DNA of 64,000 bases from the NCBI RefSeq assembly GCF_009914755.1, contig NC_060930.1, one strand, 5' to 3'. Positions 1-12,839 of this stretch are shown here, in pieces (the first letter of the stretch is position 1; each line of letters opens with the position of its first letter). This DNA is from the human T2T-CHM13v2.0 reference genome, Homo sapiens. The notes beneath the pieces are model-generated. The model saw nothing but the letters and a program-made list of their open reading frames with translations. It had not been told where the DNA came from and did no database searches. Made by a program: the position numbers and the translations under genes.

Positions 1-1599
1 ATGCTCTGCATTACGGGAGTTTGTTAGAGATACTACTTTAAAGCATCAGTTAGTTAAGAAGAGTATTTCTCATTTTCTTAAAGTAGAAATTTTCAAGGAA
101 CACTGAGTTATTTTCTTGGCCAGTAGTAAGAAAATATTTACATATATTTTTTTTTATTTCAAATGCCAGAAAACCTCTGGCATTTGAAATAAAACGTACT
201 CAAATATATTATGTTCAGATGAAAAGCTGATTAAAATCTTATAAATATGTGTGGATGGCTTTCACATACAAAATAGTGTGGAAGGTGCATCTAATTATTC
301 ATTACAATAACAGGCAACAGAAAATGAGTAGGCATATTGCTTTTTGTGTTGTATACAAAGGCGTACCAGACTTAGGGTATCATTCACACATCAAACACCA
401 ATTATCTATCAGTTACCTTTTAGAGGAAAATATTAGTCTATTGACAGGCAGAGGGGGAAAAAGAAATAAAAACAAGCGATATAGGAAATTGAAAACCCTC
501 ATTGATTCATATAAAGTCAACTAAAAGTGATCCGTAAGCCAAACTCTTATTATCAAATGTTTTAATTATAAGGTTAAAATATGTTATAGCAATCAGAAAG
601 CAAAAATAAAAATAAAATTTCAATGATCAAAAAAACAAAAATCATTCCTGCCTTAAGACTCCTATAAATAACATAACACAATGTGCATTACCAATAAATA
701 TTTTGAGGCTCAATGTCTAACTCCAAGATTTTTTATGTACAAATAAAATTTTGTTTAACAATACAGACAATTGAAAGGCATTTAATATAGGAGAGCATAG
801 AAAACAAAATATGTATTTGCTTTTCTGTAGAGAATTGCTCCCGCAACTTTAGGTTGATATTGCTATGAAAACTAAGAAATTTCAAGAACTGAATCAAAAT
901 TAGTAACTCAAGAAACAAGAAGTTGGAAATACAAGTATAAACTATTGAAAACAGAATTACTACTCTATTATTTCATAAGGCAATACATGTGAAAATAAAA
1001 TATAATTTTGAAAAATGTGATTTACAAAATAAGAACCATGGGAAAAAAGGTTATGTATCTTGTTATGATCATATATGATCATTATAGAAGCTGTAATAGT
1101 CTTCAATTAAAATCATTTTTCCAAGAAAACTTATATAAATTTTAAAAAAGTAAAATTGTGAATAGTCATGCTGGTATCTTTTACACCATTCATGCAAAAA
1201 TCTAGAAGTAAAAGTGAGGTTATGGTATTTCTTTATAGTAGAATTATAAATAAAGATTATATTCTTTTTTGTACTGTTTATGTTTTCAAATCTCCTTAAC
1301 AGGCATTTTATTTACAATAAAACATCCAGCAAATGTAACTAAAAACATAAAAACAATAAAATGTTGACTTGAATTAGGCTCTTGAATATATTAAATGAAA
1401 GATTGAAATCTGTGCATTTTATTATATACTGTACAAAAAACAATTACGCATTCTTGAAAAGGAGGATTACTTGATCATGGATTTGATTTAAAAAGAAAAA
1501 TCTGTCTGCAGCATAAGAAAATATAGCTTTGAATAACAGAAAATATTCAGAGGATGTCAAAAACCCAGATAAAAGTGATGGAAGGCTTGGAGTGTGGTC

Positions 1600-1830
1600 A
1601 TAGGGATAGAAATAGAAATAAGAGGTTGAGATTGAAAGAAGGTGAAGAAGTAGAATTGTCAGAAATTGGCAGTCAATTATATAAGGGTTAGGGGGTGAGT
1701 GAGAGGTCAAACATGACTTTAAGGTTTTGATTCTCATGAAAGAAAGAATGGCAATGTTATTAACAAAGATTAGGAATAGGAGAGAAAAAGACAAGAAGAT
1801 CAAAGATGGAGAGATGAAATACTTAAAATG
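1600..1830 (-). mobile_element. Degraded L2 LINE fragment
   Basis: Purine-rich, L2-like sequence (e.g. ...gagaggtcaaacatgactttaaggttttga...gaatggcaatgttattaac). Highly diverged; boundaries approximate. Confidence 0.4.
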
Positions 1831-2602
1831 TAACAATATAATCTGTCACTGAATCTATCTTACTATTGAGTAAAATGAAAGCTGAACACTGTTAATACAG
1901 ATTAAATGAAATTTTTAAAACTTGCTTTGACAGTTTGGGGGAAGAGTAGAAATAATTACTGAGGTCTGTGACAAGTCCTAGAAATTAAAATATCTAAGAA
2001 CATGTTTCTGTAAACCATATGAACTATCATGTCTTCTACTGTATATCACATTTTAAAAAATATATATTATTTCTTACTGGGGAAAAATGGTTGTGTATGT
2101 TAAGCAGAGTTGTCATAAAAATGCTGCTTTCCCTAGGGAGTAAACACCTTGGGAATTCAGTGCCAGCTGTGTTATGACTGGCTTTAACCATACACTCATA
2201 TTTTAAAACTTTAAAAAAAAATCACAAAAAATACTTCAAAAAAGTATTAAATAACTAATTTTTTTGTATATTTTAGGCATGCAAAATGTATCATCATAAA
2301 TCATCAAAAAGTTTTCATTAAGTACACATACACCATGCGATTCCACTAGGCACATGCAAAAAATTAGCCTAGGCCACTATGCCTAGCTAGGCTATCTGCA
2401 TAGCCTAACACGCACTAAAAAATATAAGCTTTATTCCTTTAAAAGAGAATAATAAATAATTCAAATTTCTAGATATTTGGTAAGAGTTAAATTTAAGATC
2501 AGAGGAAAACTTCTAACTATAGGTAGGTAGACTATCATCGATAAATTCAGTAGGGAAAGGAATCAGTTGAATTCTATAATAAACCTGAGAATAATTCTAA
2601 GG

Positions 2603-2686
2603 GCCACTGCACTCCAGCCTGGGCAACAGAGCGAGACTCCTTCTAAAAAAAAAAGAAAAAGAAAAAAGAAAAAAAAGAAAAAGAAA
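2603..2686 (+). mobile_element. Alu 3' terminal fragment with A-rich tail
   Basis: gccactgcactccagcctgggcaacagagcgagactcc followed by an A/GAAAA tail. No clear TSD. Confidence 0.9.
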
Positions 2687-2985
2687 GTTAAATTTACATA
2701 TGTAGAAAGGTTCAATTATTTCTTCACTATTAAACTTTGGGCACTTGAGGACTATTCCATAATGTTTTATGCCTATAATTCCAATAACTAGTGCAAAATC
2801 CATCCTATGTATTCATAAGAGTTACAGCAAATGAACATATACTATAAAATATTTTATTTATAAACTATATATTTCTTACACTGAAAAATTTAATATTTAA
2901 ATGCTATCTTATTGACTCCTCCCTCTAAATTTATAAGACAACTAGAAAATAGAAGGGACAAAAATTTTAAGAAAAGATTTGTTCA

Positions 2986-3200
2986 AATGAGAACACATGG
3001 ACACAGGGAGGGGAACATCACACAGCGGAGCCAGTCAGTGGGTGGGGGGCTAGGGGAGGGATAGCTTTAGGAGAAATACCTAATGTAGACGACGGGTTGA
3101 TGGGTGAAGCAAACCACTATAGCATGTGTATACCTATGTAGCAAACCTGCGCGTTCTGCATGTACCCCAGAACTTAAAGTATAATAATAATAAATTTTAA
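2986..3200 (+). mobile_element. 5'-truncated L1PA (L1PA7/8-like) 3' end
   Basis: L1 3'UTR (aatgagaacacatggacacagggagggg...aacttaaagtataataataa) flanked by TSD aaaagatttgttca (2972-2985) / aaaagattggttca (3201-3214). Confidence 0.9.
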
Positions 3201-4611
3201 AAAAGATTGGTTCATTAGCAGCTATCTCCCAATGTCTGTCCTAATCCCTACTTTATGAAGAATACCTATGTTTTAATTAATCAATCACATTACTTTCATT
3301 TCAAAATCAATATATTTATGGCACAACTGCTCACACTCCCACAGACATAAACTAACAAAATCTTTTCATGTTTTATGTATGTTGAAAATTATGTAAACAT
3401 AGTTGCTTTCCAATATCTCTCTGTAAGTAAATTATTTGAAAAACAGAAAACAAAATAAAACAAAGCTGAATATCCAAACCAAGATAAAAAAAAAAAAGCA
3501 AAAACATACAGCAAAAGAAAAATGGACTGCAAAGAAAAACTTTGCACAAAGAATAAAACGATATATTGTTCTCTATGTGAGGACTGGGTTTCTACTAACT
3601 CAATGGCAGGATCACCTGAATTGTGTGGGGAACTAGACCTCAGAAGGCCTGGCTGGTTTTACAGCACACCTGAAGAGGTAAGGTGCTCAGTATGTCAGAA
3701 TTATTGTGTGTAAAATATAGTAGCACAGAAACTGCAAAACTCTCTGAATTCAAGTTCAACCTTGTGATACCTTGTAGTAACCCAGGAGATTTTTCCTGAC
3801 ATTTTGCTGAACCCAACATAGAGCCTTTGCATGATCTAAGTATTATAATACAAACAGAAGTAAACATAAATGTTAACTATAAATATAAATATATTAGAAA
3901 TAAATTATATATATACATTACTAAGAATTAGTAATATAAAATAGAACTCTGTTGGTAACTGAAACAAATTTTTTCTATTTAATCTGTTGTTTAGAGTCAG
4001 TAATTTTTATTGTGGGTGGGGAAACATTAGGTAACATTTCTTGCACATGCAAAATGTGAAGTTGCAATTATCCTTGTCATTTAAGGATTAGGAGAGTACC
4101 ATAGATTCTCTGAACAACAAGAATTATAAGTACTTTTAAAATTTAATTGAAATAAATCCCTGGACTCACTTTAATCAATAGTAACAAAACTGACTTTTCT
4201 AGAATTAATAGTGCTTTTCTAAATGGCCAAAATCAGATTATTCTTTCACTAAACAGTTTTCATATTTGGTCCCAGAATACTTGGTCAGTAAACAGCACAG
4301 CCTGTCTCAGGAAGTATAGAGTTACATCTTATCACATGTTGGCTCTGCAAACACTGAGGAATCTAACAATGGCCTTCTCTGAGGCAGAACTTGCTAAGTG
4401 AGGTTAGCTCCCCTTAGGAACTACAGCTATTATCAGTGTCCTCTCCTACAGTACAAGGTCTTGATTATTCATAACAATATTAGTGTTCTCATGCATCTGA
4501 TTTTAAAAAGCTGGAAAAGAAAGGAGAAAGAGAGAAGCAGCTCATTGTTGATGGTTACACTGTAGGTTTTTTTTTAACTACTGCAAAATGGTTTTTCTTA
4601 AATATTAAATA

Positions 4612-5163
4612 CAGATCATATTGTCAGTTAACCGAGACAATTTGACTTTCTCTTTTTATGATTTGGATGTCTTTAATTTCTTTTTCTTGCCTGATTGCTC
4701 TGGCAAGGACTCGTAGTATGATGTTGAATTGGAGTGAGGACCTGGGCATCCTCCTCTTGTTCCAGCTTTTAGGGGGCATGTTTTCAGCCTTTTCTGATTC
4801 AGTATGATGTTACCTGTGATTTTGTCCTATATAGCTTTTATTATTTTGAAATATATTCGTTCAATTCTTAGTTTCTTGAGGATTTCTATCATGAAGGGAT
4901 GCTGAAGTTTATCAAATGCTTTCTCTGGATCTATTAAAAAGATTATATATTTTTTCTTGTTTTGAATTTATGTGATGAATCACATTTATTGATTTGTAAA
5001 TGTTGAGCTATCCTTGCATCCTTGGACCAAAACTCATTTGATTGTGATGTATTATCTTTTGGATATGGTGTTGAATTTGGCTTACTAGTATTTTGTGAGG
5101 ATTTGTGTTCATCAGAAATATTGGCCTATAGTTTTCTTTTTTGTCATGCCCTTGCCCAGCTTT
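4612..5163 (-). mobile_element. Inverted segment of L1PB-like element (ORF2 RT region)
   Basis: Minus-strand ORF 5008..5265 contains KKENYRPIFLMN...IQHHIQKIIHHNQ, which is L1 ORF2 RT. The left end corresponds to the DDMI region. Confidence 0.9.
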
Positions 5164-6103
5164 ATATGCACCCAACACTAGAGCACTCACACTCAGACCC
5201 ATAAAACAAATACCACTAAGAAAAGAGACAACAATACAACAATACAATAATAATTGGTACTTCAATACCTCATTGACAACACTAGACAGATACCAAGGTA
5301 GAACATCAACAAAGAAACTCTGGACTTAAACAAGACTGTAGACCAAATGGATCAAATACACATTTACAGAACATTCTACCCCCAAACAACAGAATATTGA
5401 TTTTGCTTATCTGTGCATGGAACATTCTCCAAAATAGACCATATACTTAGCCATAAAGCAAGTCTACATAAATTCCCAAGTATCAAAATCCTGTCAAGTA
5501 TCTTCTCAGACCACTTCTCAGTGGAAAAAAACTGGAAATCAATACCAAGAGGAACTTTCTAAATTATTAACTGACAGGAAAATTAAACAACCTGTTCCTG
5601 AATGATGCTTGGTAAACAATGATGTTAAGGCAAAAATCAAATATTTTTTTGAAATGAAAGAAAATAGAGACAAAATATACCAAGACTTCCGAGATACAGT
5701 GAAAATGGTACTGAAAATAGTTCATACTGTTAAATGCCTAAATCAAAAAGATAGATTTCAAATTAACAACCTAATACTGTATCTCGAGGAACTAGAAAAA
5801 CAAAAACAGACCAAACTCAAAGCTGGCAGAAGAAAAGAAATAAAAAAGATTGGAGCAGAGCTAATGAAATTGAGACTGAAAAAATCAATAAAAGCATCAA
5901 TGAAATGAGAATTTGGTTCTTGGGAAGAGAGACAAAACTGATAGATTGCTAACCAAAACAAAAGAGAAGATTCAAATAAGTACAATCAGAAAAGACGACA
6001 TATGAAAAAATGCTTAACATCACTAATGACCAGAGAAATGCAAAATAACCTACAGTGAGAACCATTTTATACCAGTAAGAATGGCTATTAATAAAACATC
6101 AAA

Positions 6104-6200
6104 TTTGGGTAACAGGTACACTAGAAGACCAACCCCCAACAGTATGCAATGTACCCACGTAACAAACATGCACACATCTCCGCTGAGTTTAAAATAATTT
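6104..6200 (+). mobile_element. Short L1 (L1PB-like) 3' terminal fragment nested in the L1
   Basis: gggtaacaggtacactagaag...gtaacaaacatgcac...tttaaaataa interrupts the host L1, with a degenerate duplication of aaaa(g)tcaaa on either side. Confidence 0.7.
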
Positions 6201-6479
6201 TCTAAGTCAAAATATTAACTGATGTTGTCAAGATTGTGAAGAAAAGGGAATGTCTATACATTGTTGGTGGGATTGTAGAATAATTCGATCTCTATAGAAA
6301 AAAAATATGGAGATTTCTCAAAGAACTAAAAACAGAACTACCATTTGATCCAGAAACCTCACTACTGGGTATCTACACAAAAGAAAGAAAATCATTATAT
6401 CAGGAAGATATTTTCACTTGTATGTTTATCACAGAACTATTCACAGTAGCAAATGTATGGAATCAACCTAAATATTGCT

Positions 6480-6840
6480 TGATATGGTTTGGCTGTGTCC
6501 CCACCAAAATCTCATCTTGAATTGTAGCTCCCGTAAGTCCCTCTTGTTGTGGGAGAAACCCAGTAGGAGACAATTAAATCAGAGGGGCGGTTTCCCACAT
6601 ACTGTTCTCATTGTAGTGAAAAGGTCTCACGAGAGCTGATGGCTTTATAAGGGGAAGCCCCTTTCGTTTGGCTCTCATTGTCTCTCTTGCCTGCTGCAAT
6701 GTGAGATGTGCCTTTCACTTTCTGCCATGATTGTAAGGCCCATCAGCCACATGGAACTGTGAGTCCATTAAACCTCCTTTTCTGTAAATTGCCTAGTCTT
6801 GTGTATGTCTTTATCAGCAGCATGAAAACAGACTAATACA
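6480..6840 (+). mobile_element. THE1C-like 5' LTR (ERVL-MaLR)
   Basis: tgatatggtttggctgtgtccccacc ... gaaaacagactaataca. Confidence 0.93.
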
Positions 6841-8309
6841 GTAAATTGGTATCAGTAGAGTGGGGCGCTATTAAAAAGATTCCCAAAAATGTGGAAGCAA
6901 CTTTGAAACTCAGTAACAGGCAAAAGCTGGAAGAGTTTGGAGGGCCCAGAAGAACACAAGAAAATGTGGGAAAGTTTGGAACTCCCTAGAGACTTGTTAA
7001 ATGGCTTTGACCAAAATGCTGATAATGATACACACAATGAAATCCAGGCTGAGGTGGTCTCAGATGTAGATGAGGAACTTATTGGGAACTTCTCTTGTTA
7101 TGTTTTAGCAAAGAGACTGGCAGCATTTTGCCCCTACCCTAAGGACTTGTGAAACTTTGAAATGGAAATAGATGGTTTAGAGTATGTAGCAGAAGAAATA
7201 TCTAAGCAGCAAAGCAAAGCATTAAACAGGTGACTTGGGTGCTGTTAAAGGCACTCAGTTTTAAAAGGGAAACAGAGCATAAGAGTTTGGAAAATTTGCA
7301 GCCTGACAATGTGACAGAAAAGAAAATCCCATGTTCTGAGGAGAAATTCAAGCCAGCTGCAGAAATTTTCATAAGTAACAAAGAGCCAAATGTTAATTCC
7401 CAAAACAATGGGGAAAATGTATCAAGGCATGTCAGAGGTCTTCATGGCAGTCCCTCCTATCACAGGCCCAGAGGCCTAGGAGGAAAATTGGTTTCATGGA
7501 CTGGGCCCAGGGTCCCCATGCTGTACGCAGCCTAGGAACCTGGTGCCCTGAATGCCAACTGCTCCAGCTGTGGCTGAAAGAAGCCAAGGTACAGCTCAGG
7601 CTGCGACTTCAGACGGTGCAGGCCCAAAGCCTTGGCAGCTTCCACATGATGTTGAGTCTTTGAGTTCCCACAAGCCAATAACTGGGGTTTGGGAGCCTCC
7701 ACTTAGATTTCAGAAGATGTATCGAAATGCCTGGATGTCCAAGAAGAAGTTTGCTGCAGGGGCAGGGCCCTCATGGAGAACCTCTGCTAGGGCAGTGTGG
7801 AAGGGAAATGTGAGTTGGAGCTCCCACACAGAGTGCCCACTGGGGCACTGCCTGTAGAGCTATGAGAAGACAGCCACCCTCCTCCAGACTCCAGAATGAT
7901 AGATCCATTGACAGCTTGCACCACGCACTTGGAAAAGCTGCAACACTCAATGCTAGCCTGTGAAAGCAGCTGGGAGGGAGGATTTACCCTGCAAAGCAAC
8001 AGGGGCGTAGCTACACATAACCTTGGGAACCACCTCTTTCATCAGCATGGCCTGGATGTGAGACATGGAGTCAAAGGAGATCATTTGGAGCTTTAATATT
8101 TGACTGCTCACTGACTTTTGGACTTGCATGGAGCATGTAGCCCCTTTGTTTTGGCCAATTTTTCCCATTTGGAATTGCTGTATTAACCCAGAGCCTGTAC
8201 CCCCATTGTATCCAGAAAATAACAAACTTGCTTTTGATTCTTCAGACTCATAGCAGAAACGACTTGTCTTGTCTCAGATGAGATGTTGGACATGGGGCCA
8301 GGAATGGAA
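6841..8309 (+). mobile_element. THE1 internal region with decayed ORF
   Basis: Starts gtaaattggtatcagtagagtggggc. ORFs 6937..7152, 7230..7535 and 7552..7857 (KMWESLELPRDLLNGFDQNAD, PKPWQLP) are MaLR-int ORF remnants. There is an internal deletion near 8290. Confidence 0.92.
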
Positions 8310-8666
8310 TGATACGGTTTGGCTGTGTCCCTATCCAAATCTCATCTTGAGTTATATCTCCCATAATTCCCTCGTGTTGTGAGAGGGACCAGTAGGAGAT
8401 AATTGAATCATGGATGTGGTTTCCCCATACTGTTCTCATGGTAGTGAAAAGGTCTCACAAGATCTGATGGATTTTTAAGGAGAAACCCCTTTCGCTTGGC
8501 CTTCATTCTCTCTCTTGCCTGCTTTGATGTGGGATGTGCTTTTCACCTTCCATCATAATTGTGATGTTTCCCCAGCCACTTAGAACTGTGAGTTTATTAA
8601 ACCTTTTTTGTAAATTGCCCGGTCTTGGGTATGTCTTTCTTGGCAGTGTGAAAATGGACTAATACA
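8310..8666 (+). mobile_element. THE1C-like 3' LTR
   Basis: tgatacggtttggctgtgtccc ... aaaatggactaataca; direct repeat of 6480-6840. Confidence 0.93.
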
Positions 8667-8734
8667 TTTTTAAATGGATAATTGGATAAATAAAATGTTA
8701 TATATGTATATACACACATACACACATGGAAAAC

Positions 8735-8812
8735 TACTCAGCCAAAATATACACATACACTACTCAGCCAAAACATACACATACACACATATGGAATGCT
8801 ACTCAGCCAAAA
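8735..8812 (+). repeat. Local imperfect triplication of ctactcagccaaaa with acacatacac spacers
   Basis: ctactcagccaaaa occurs three times within ~80 bp, next to a (TA/CA) microsatellite in the L1. Confidence 0.85.
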
Positions 8813-10029
8813 AAAATGAAATAATGTATTTTGCAGAAAGATGGATAGAACTAGTGGCCATTAAGTGAAATAACTCAGAAACAGGAAATCAAATACTACA
8901 TGTTCTCACTTATAAGTTGGAGCTAAATAAGGTGTACACATGGACATAGAGAGTAGACTCATAGATATTGGAGACTTGGAAGGGTGGGAGGAAGGTGAGG
9001 GATGAGAAATAACTTAGTGGGTATAATGTGCACTATTTGGATAGTGGTTACATTAAAAGCCCAAACTTATCTACTACATAACAAATCCATGTATCAAAAT
9101 TGCAATTGTATCCCCACATTTATACAATTAAAAATATTAAATAAAGCATACATTAAATATACCTAATATCATTTCATTTTCATTTTCCTTAATATTAAAT
9201 ATGTAAAGATATTTGTTTACCTTTCCTCCCCAGTGTGAACAGAGATAAAGAGCCTGAACAACTCATGGAATGTAACAGTTCGTTTTGTGTAAAAGGTTCA
9301 AATATCTATCTATACAGTAATATTTGACCTTTTGACATCCAGAAAGTCTGGTTAAGACAGATATTTTACTCTCTTTCTTTTGTGGCTCACTCCAGAGTTT
9401 TCTCAGGAACCAATTTTGAGAAGGGCATCGAGTTCAGGTTCATGGCTGTCCCTCAGGCTCCCAAAGCCAAAGAGCTTTATTGTTTTATTGATGTTGGCAG
9501 AAGGGGAGCCAGCAGTATGTAATGATTCACCTCCAAATCCTTATAAAAAAGGCTAACTCTTTTCACAATTTTTAAATCAGGAAAAAGAAAATCCAGAAAT
9601 CATTCTGTAAAAATTATTTTTCAATTGAAATTTATTTTACAATGCATGTAATCTTCAATAAAAACTACACTATTTTCCCAGTATACATTTATATGTCAAT
9701 GCAGATATTTAATTCTATTTTAATTTTAATATTGGCTTTAAAATGATTGCTAAATTAACACTTCATTTTATCTTTTTTAACCTTTAGAATGCTATAAACA
9801 TATTTTAACTTTTATGAAATTTTTTTTTCAAGTATACATTGAACACTGCTGTATGTTCTAGGCACTTTTTATGCAGTGGAAATAATCGCAAGGGTGGCCA
9901 AAAAAATCTTTTTAATCTAGTGTAAAATAAAAAGTGGGAAGTAGAAAAATAATGTTTTAAAAATTAAACTAGTAATCAGAAGTTGGTCTGTTTAAAACAC
10001 TTTTCAATTATTACTCTGTATCTTCTACA

Positions 10030-10182
10030 TGCAATATAAATCTTTACAAATATTAACCAATTTAATATTCACAACAGCCATGTGAAGTAACTACTGTAAC
10101 AGATAAAAAAATTGAGGTACAGATGGGTTAACTATATTACATGAAGTCATAAACATAGTAAGTGGCAGAATTAGGATTCAAA
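10030..10182 (-). mobile_element. MIR SINE
   Basis: acagataaaaaaattgaggtacagatgggttaa...agtaagtggcagaattaggattcaaa matches the reverse-complement MIR core. Confidence 0.75.
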
Positions 10183-10309
10183 ATGTTACATGAATAGTAT
10201 GAGCAGGTGACCATGGTAGATGAAGAGAAAGAATGCCTAGCTGCCCTGGGAGATCACTAAAGGCCTCAATGTAAAAGTATTACTGGGTCCTAAAAAATAT
10301 TTGGGAGAT

Positions 10310-10530
10310 AGTAGCACATATTTAAATCAGACAGCCCTGAATAATATAAATGTGAGCCGGATCATTTACATACCTGTGAAGCCCTGGTCAACTTACTTTA
10401 CAACTTTAAGCTTTTGTTCCCTTCTTACTAAAAATGGGCTAGGAATATTACTTATTTCATAAGGTTTTGTGAGAATTAAACTAAGTACTATACAGCATGA
10501 TCTCAGGCCTAGGATTAGGCCCAATAACTT
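10310..10530 (+). mobile_element. MIR SINE
   Basis: ...taaaaatgggctaggaatattacttatttcataaggttttgtgagaattaaa matches the MIR core and tail. Confidence 0.7.
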
Positions 10531-11751
10531 AAAAAATAATTATTATAAATGATGAGAAAGAGCTAGGTAAGTGAAAAAAGGTGAAATTGAAAACATTCCA
10601 GACATATGTTGATTACCTGGTAAGGAGTGGGTGAAAAGGGTTAGAAAGATGAGGGGAAGGACAATGAGTGGTAGGAACAACAAGTCTGTGACTCATCTCT
10701 GAATACATTTTTTGTATAACTGGGACCATAAACAAATCATTAAAACTTGCCAGCACATTGAAGAAAACAAAAATATAATTCAGGAATAAAAATTTAACCT
10801 AATTGTATTGCAAATCAGTAACATAACCACACTGAAGGGCATGAGGAAGGCAAAATATAAACTAAGTTACTTTCTAAAGATAAAGACAAAACAAAACAAA
10901 AAACTCTGTACATAAATATATACTGTAATCTGTGCAATAAAATTTTAAAATAGATACTCAGAGATGAGCCAGAATTTATGAAATTATTCCACACTAGCAT
11001 TAAACAAAGCTATAAATATAGATAATAAAAATAAGAGTTGGCTAAGTATCTGAGAATGAAGTTGAAAATAAGAAATGGAAAAAGCTCAAATGATAGAATT
11101 GGAGGTGTCAGTATAAACTGATCATGAAAAATTATATGTTATATGATACAAGATGATTGACTGATTGGTTAAAGATGGATAAATAAATATATGTTGATAT
11201 TTGTATTATGCATGGATTCATATACATACATAGATTCCCTAGCTCTCTATTGAGAAGGCCAAGACCAAGTATTAATAGTACTCCAGTGGCAATGAGCACA
11301 ATTAGTATTACAATCTTTTATTCTAAACATCATTCTCCAATAAAAAGAACTAGGGTTTCATGTTAAAATAATGGTTGAATCTAGGGCTAGGGTGAGGAAA
11401 TTACAAAATATATCTAAAGCATCTTGGGGTGCCAGAATGTAAAAAAGTTATCACAAAAGGACAGGAGCATAACAAAAGAACACAGAAGTCAACCTGTAGT
11501 AGATCCTGATGGTCAAATAATTTAAACAATAAAATAATGATAGTTTTAATTATAGCCCATATAATAAAAATTCATGAATCAAATAAATATTGAATTAATA
11601 AATAAGAGAGAAGGAATTCTTACCCATAGAAGAATTCTGACTTGAAAATTTAAAAGAAAAGAGGGAAAGAAGAAACCACTCACAGTAAATACCAGTGTAA
11701 TAATTATTTTATGGAAAAGTTATCTATGGTTGGCAAAATTAGTGGGGGAAA

Positions 11752-11826
11752 ACACATTGCACGCATGTATCAAAATATTGCATGTACCACCAAAATATGC
11801 ACACCTATGATATATCAACAAAAAAA
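11752..11826 (+). mobile_element. L1MA-like 3' terminal fragment
   Basis: acacattgcacgcatgtatcaaaata...tatatcaacaaaaaaa, with degenerate TSD aaaattagtgggggaa / aaaatagtgaagggaa. Confidence 0.65.
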
Positions 11827-12225
11827 TAGTGAAGGGAATTTGAAAACAAACAGGACATTTGTATAATTTAATTATATGTACCCAAAAATATGTATAAATT
11901 ACAATGGGAAAAATAGTATTTAAAGTGAATAAACTTGGCAGATACTAACTTAAGCAAGTAGTCAAGGCTAACATCACCACTTATAAAATAAATTGGCATT
12001 GTGAAGTCCCTGAAATCATTCATTGAAAAGAATAATATCATTTTTATATTATTATTTCCAAAATGGCACTGTCTCATTTTAGTAAGAAATAGCATCAATA
12101 AAACCCAAATTGATAGGCTTTTCCAAGTAACTGACCAGTACTTCCTAAAGTATCAATGCTGTGAAGGAAAATTAAAGACCTGGCAACTGTTAAGAAAGGA
12201 GAAAACTAAGAAAAAAAAAAAAAAC

Positions 12226-12433
12226 AAACCTGTCTCTAATAAAATTGCAAAAATTAGCTGGGCGTAGTGATGTGCACCTGTAGTCCCAGCCACTAGGGAG
12301 GTTAGGCAGGGAAGCACTTGAACTCAGGAGGTGGAAGTTGCAATGAGCCGAGATTGTGCCACTGCACGCCAGCCTGGGAGACAGGGCGAGACTCTATCTA
12401 ATTAAAAAAAAAAGAGAGAGAGAGAGAGAGAGA
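12226..12433 (+). mobile_element. 5'-truncated old Alu with A tail then (GA)n
   Basis: Central A-rich linker plus the complete right arm. Confidence 0.9.
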
Positions 12434-12839
12434 AGTATGTGACAATGTTAATTCTCTGGTATTGATCATTTTAGTATGGCTATGTAACATGTTAGCATTA
12501 GGGAAAGTTTGGTAAGGGAATATGAAAAATCTTTATTTTTTTGGCAACCATTCCTTTAGTAAGTGTGACAATATATTTAAAAATGTAAATAAAATCCACC
12601 CAGGAGATTTTATTATGTAAGCAGTGTGTCGGGTTTTGTTTTTTTGTTTGTTTGTTTGTTTGTTTTTGCTCTGTGTGTCAGAGTACAACAATACAAGTTT
12701 GGAGGAGTAGGCAAGAATCTGATCATGAGAACTCCTATAAATTATGCCAAACTATAAAACATAGATTTTAAGTAGGAAAACTAAAGGATCATTTTTACAT
12801 TTTAGAAAGGATGTGCTTACAAAAAGCAAAGAGGATTCT

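Larger units (their letters stand above)
5164..9131 (+). mobile_element. L1PB-like element: ORF2 EN fragment, ORF2 C-terminus and 3'UTR, interrupted by a short L1 3' end and by THE1C
   Basis: YAPNT.. EN motif at 5164; ORF 5609..5908 resembles L1 ORF2; jump to the C-terminal region near 5998; L1PB-type 3'UTR 8930-9131; candidate TSD aaatattaaata at 4600-4611 / 9132-9143. Confidence 0.85.
10700..12595 (+). mobile_element. Old L1M (L1MC/L1MD-like) long 3'UTR, interrupted by an L1MA tail and an Alu
   Basis: cattctccaataaaaagaactaggg...tctagggctaggg...gcatcttggggtgccagaa resembles the L1MC/MD 3' end. Confidence 0.65.

Noticed and set aside
1065-1082. 18-bp perfect palindrome atgatcatatatgatcat
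   Set aside because: It is a simple 10-bp slippage duplication of a self-complementary AT-rich unit.
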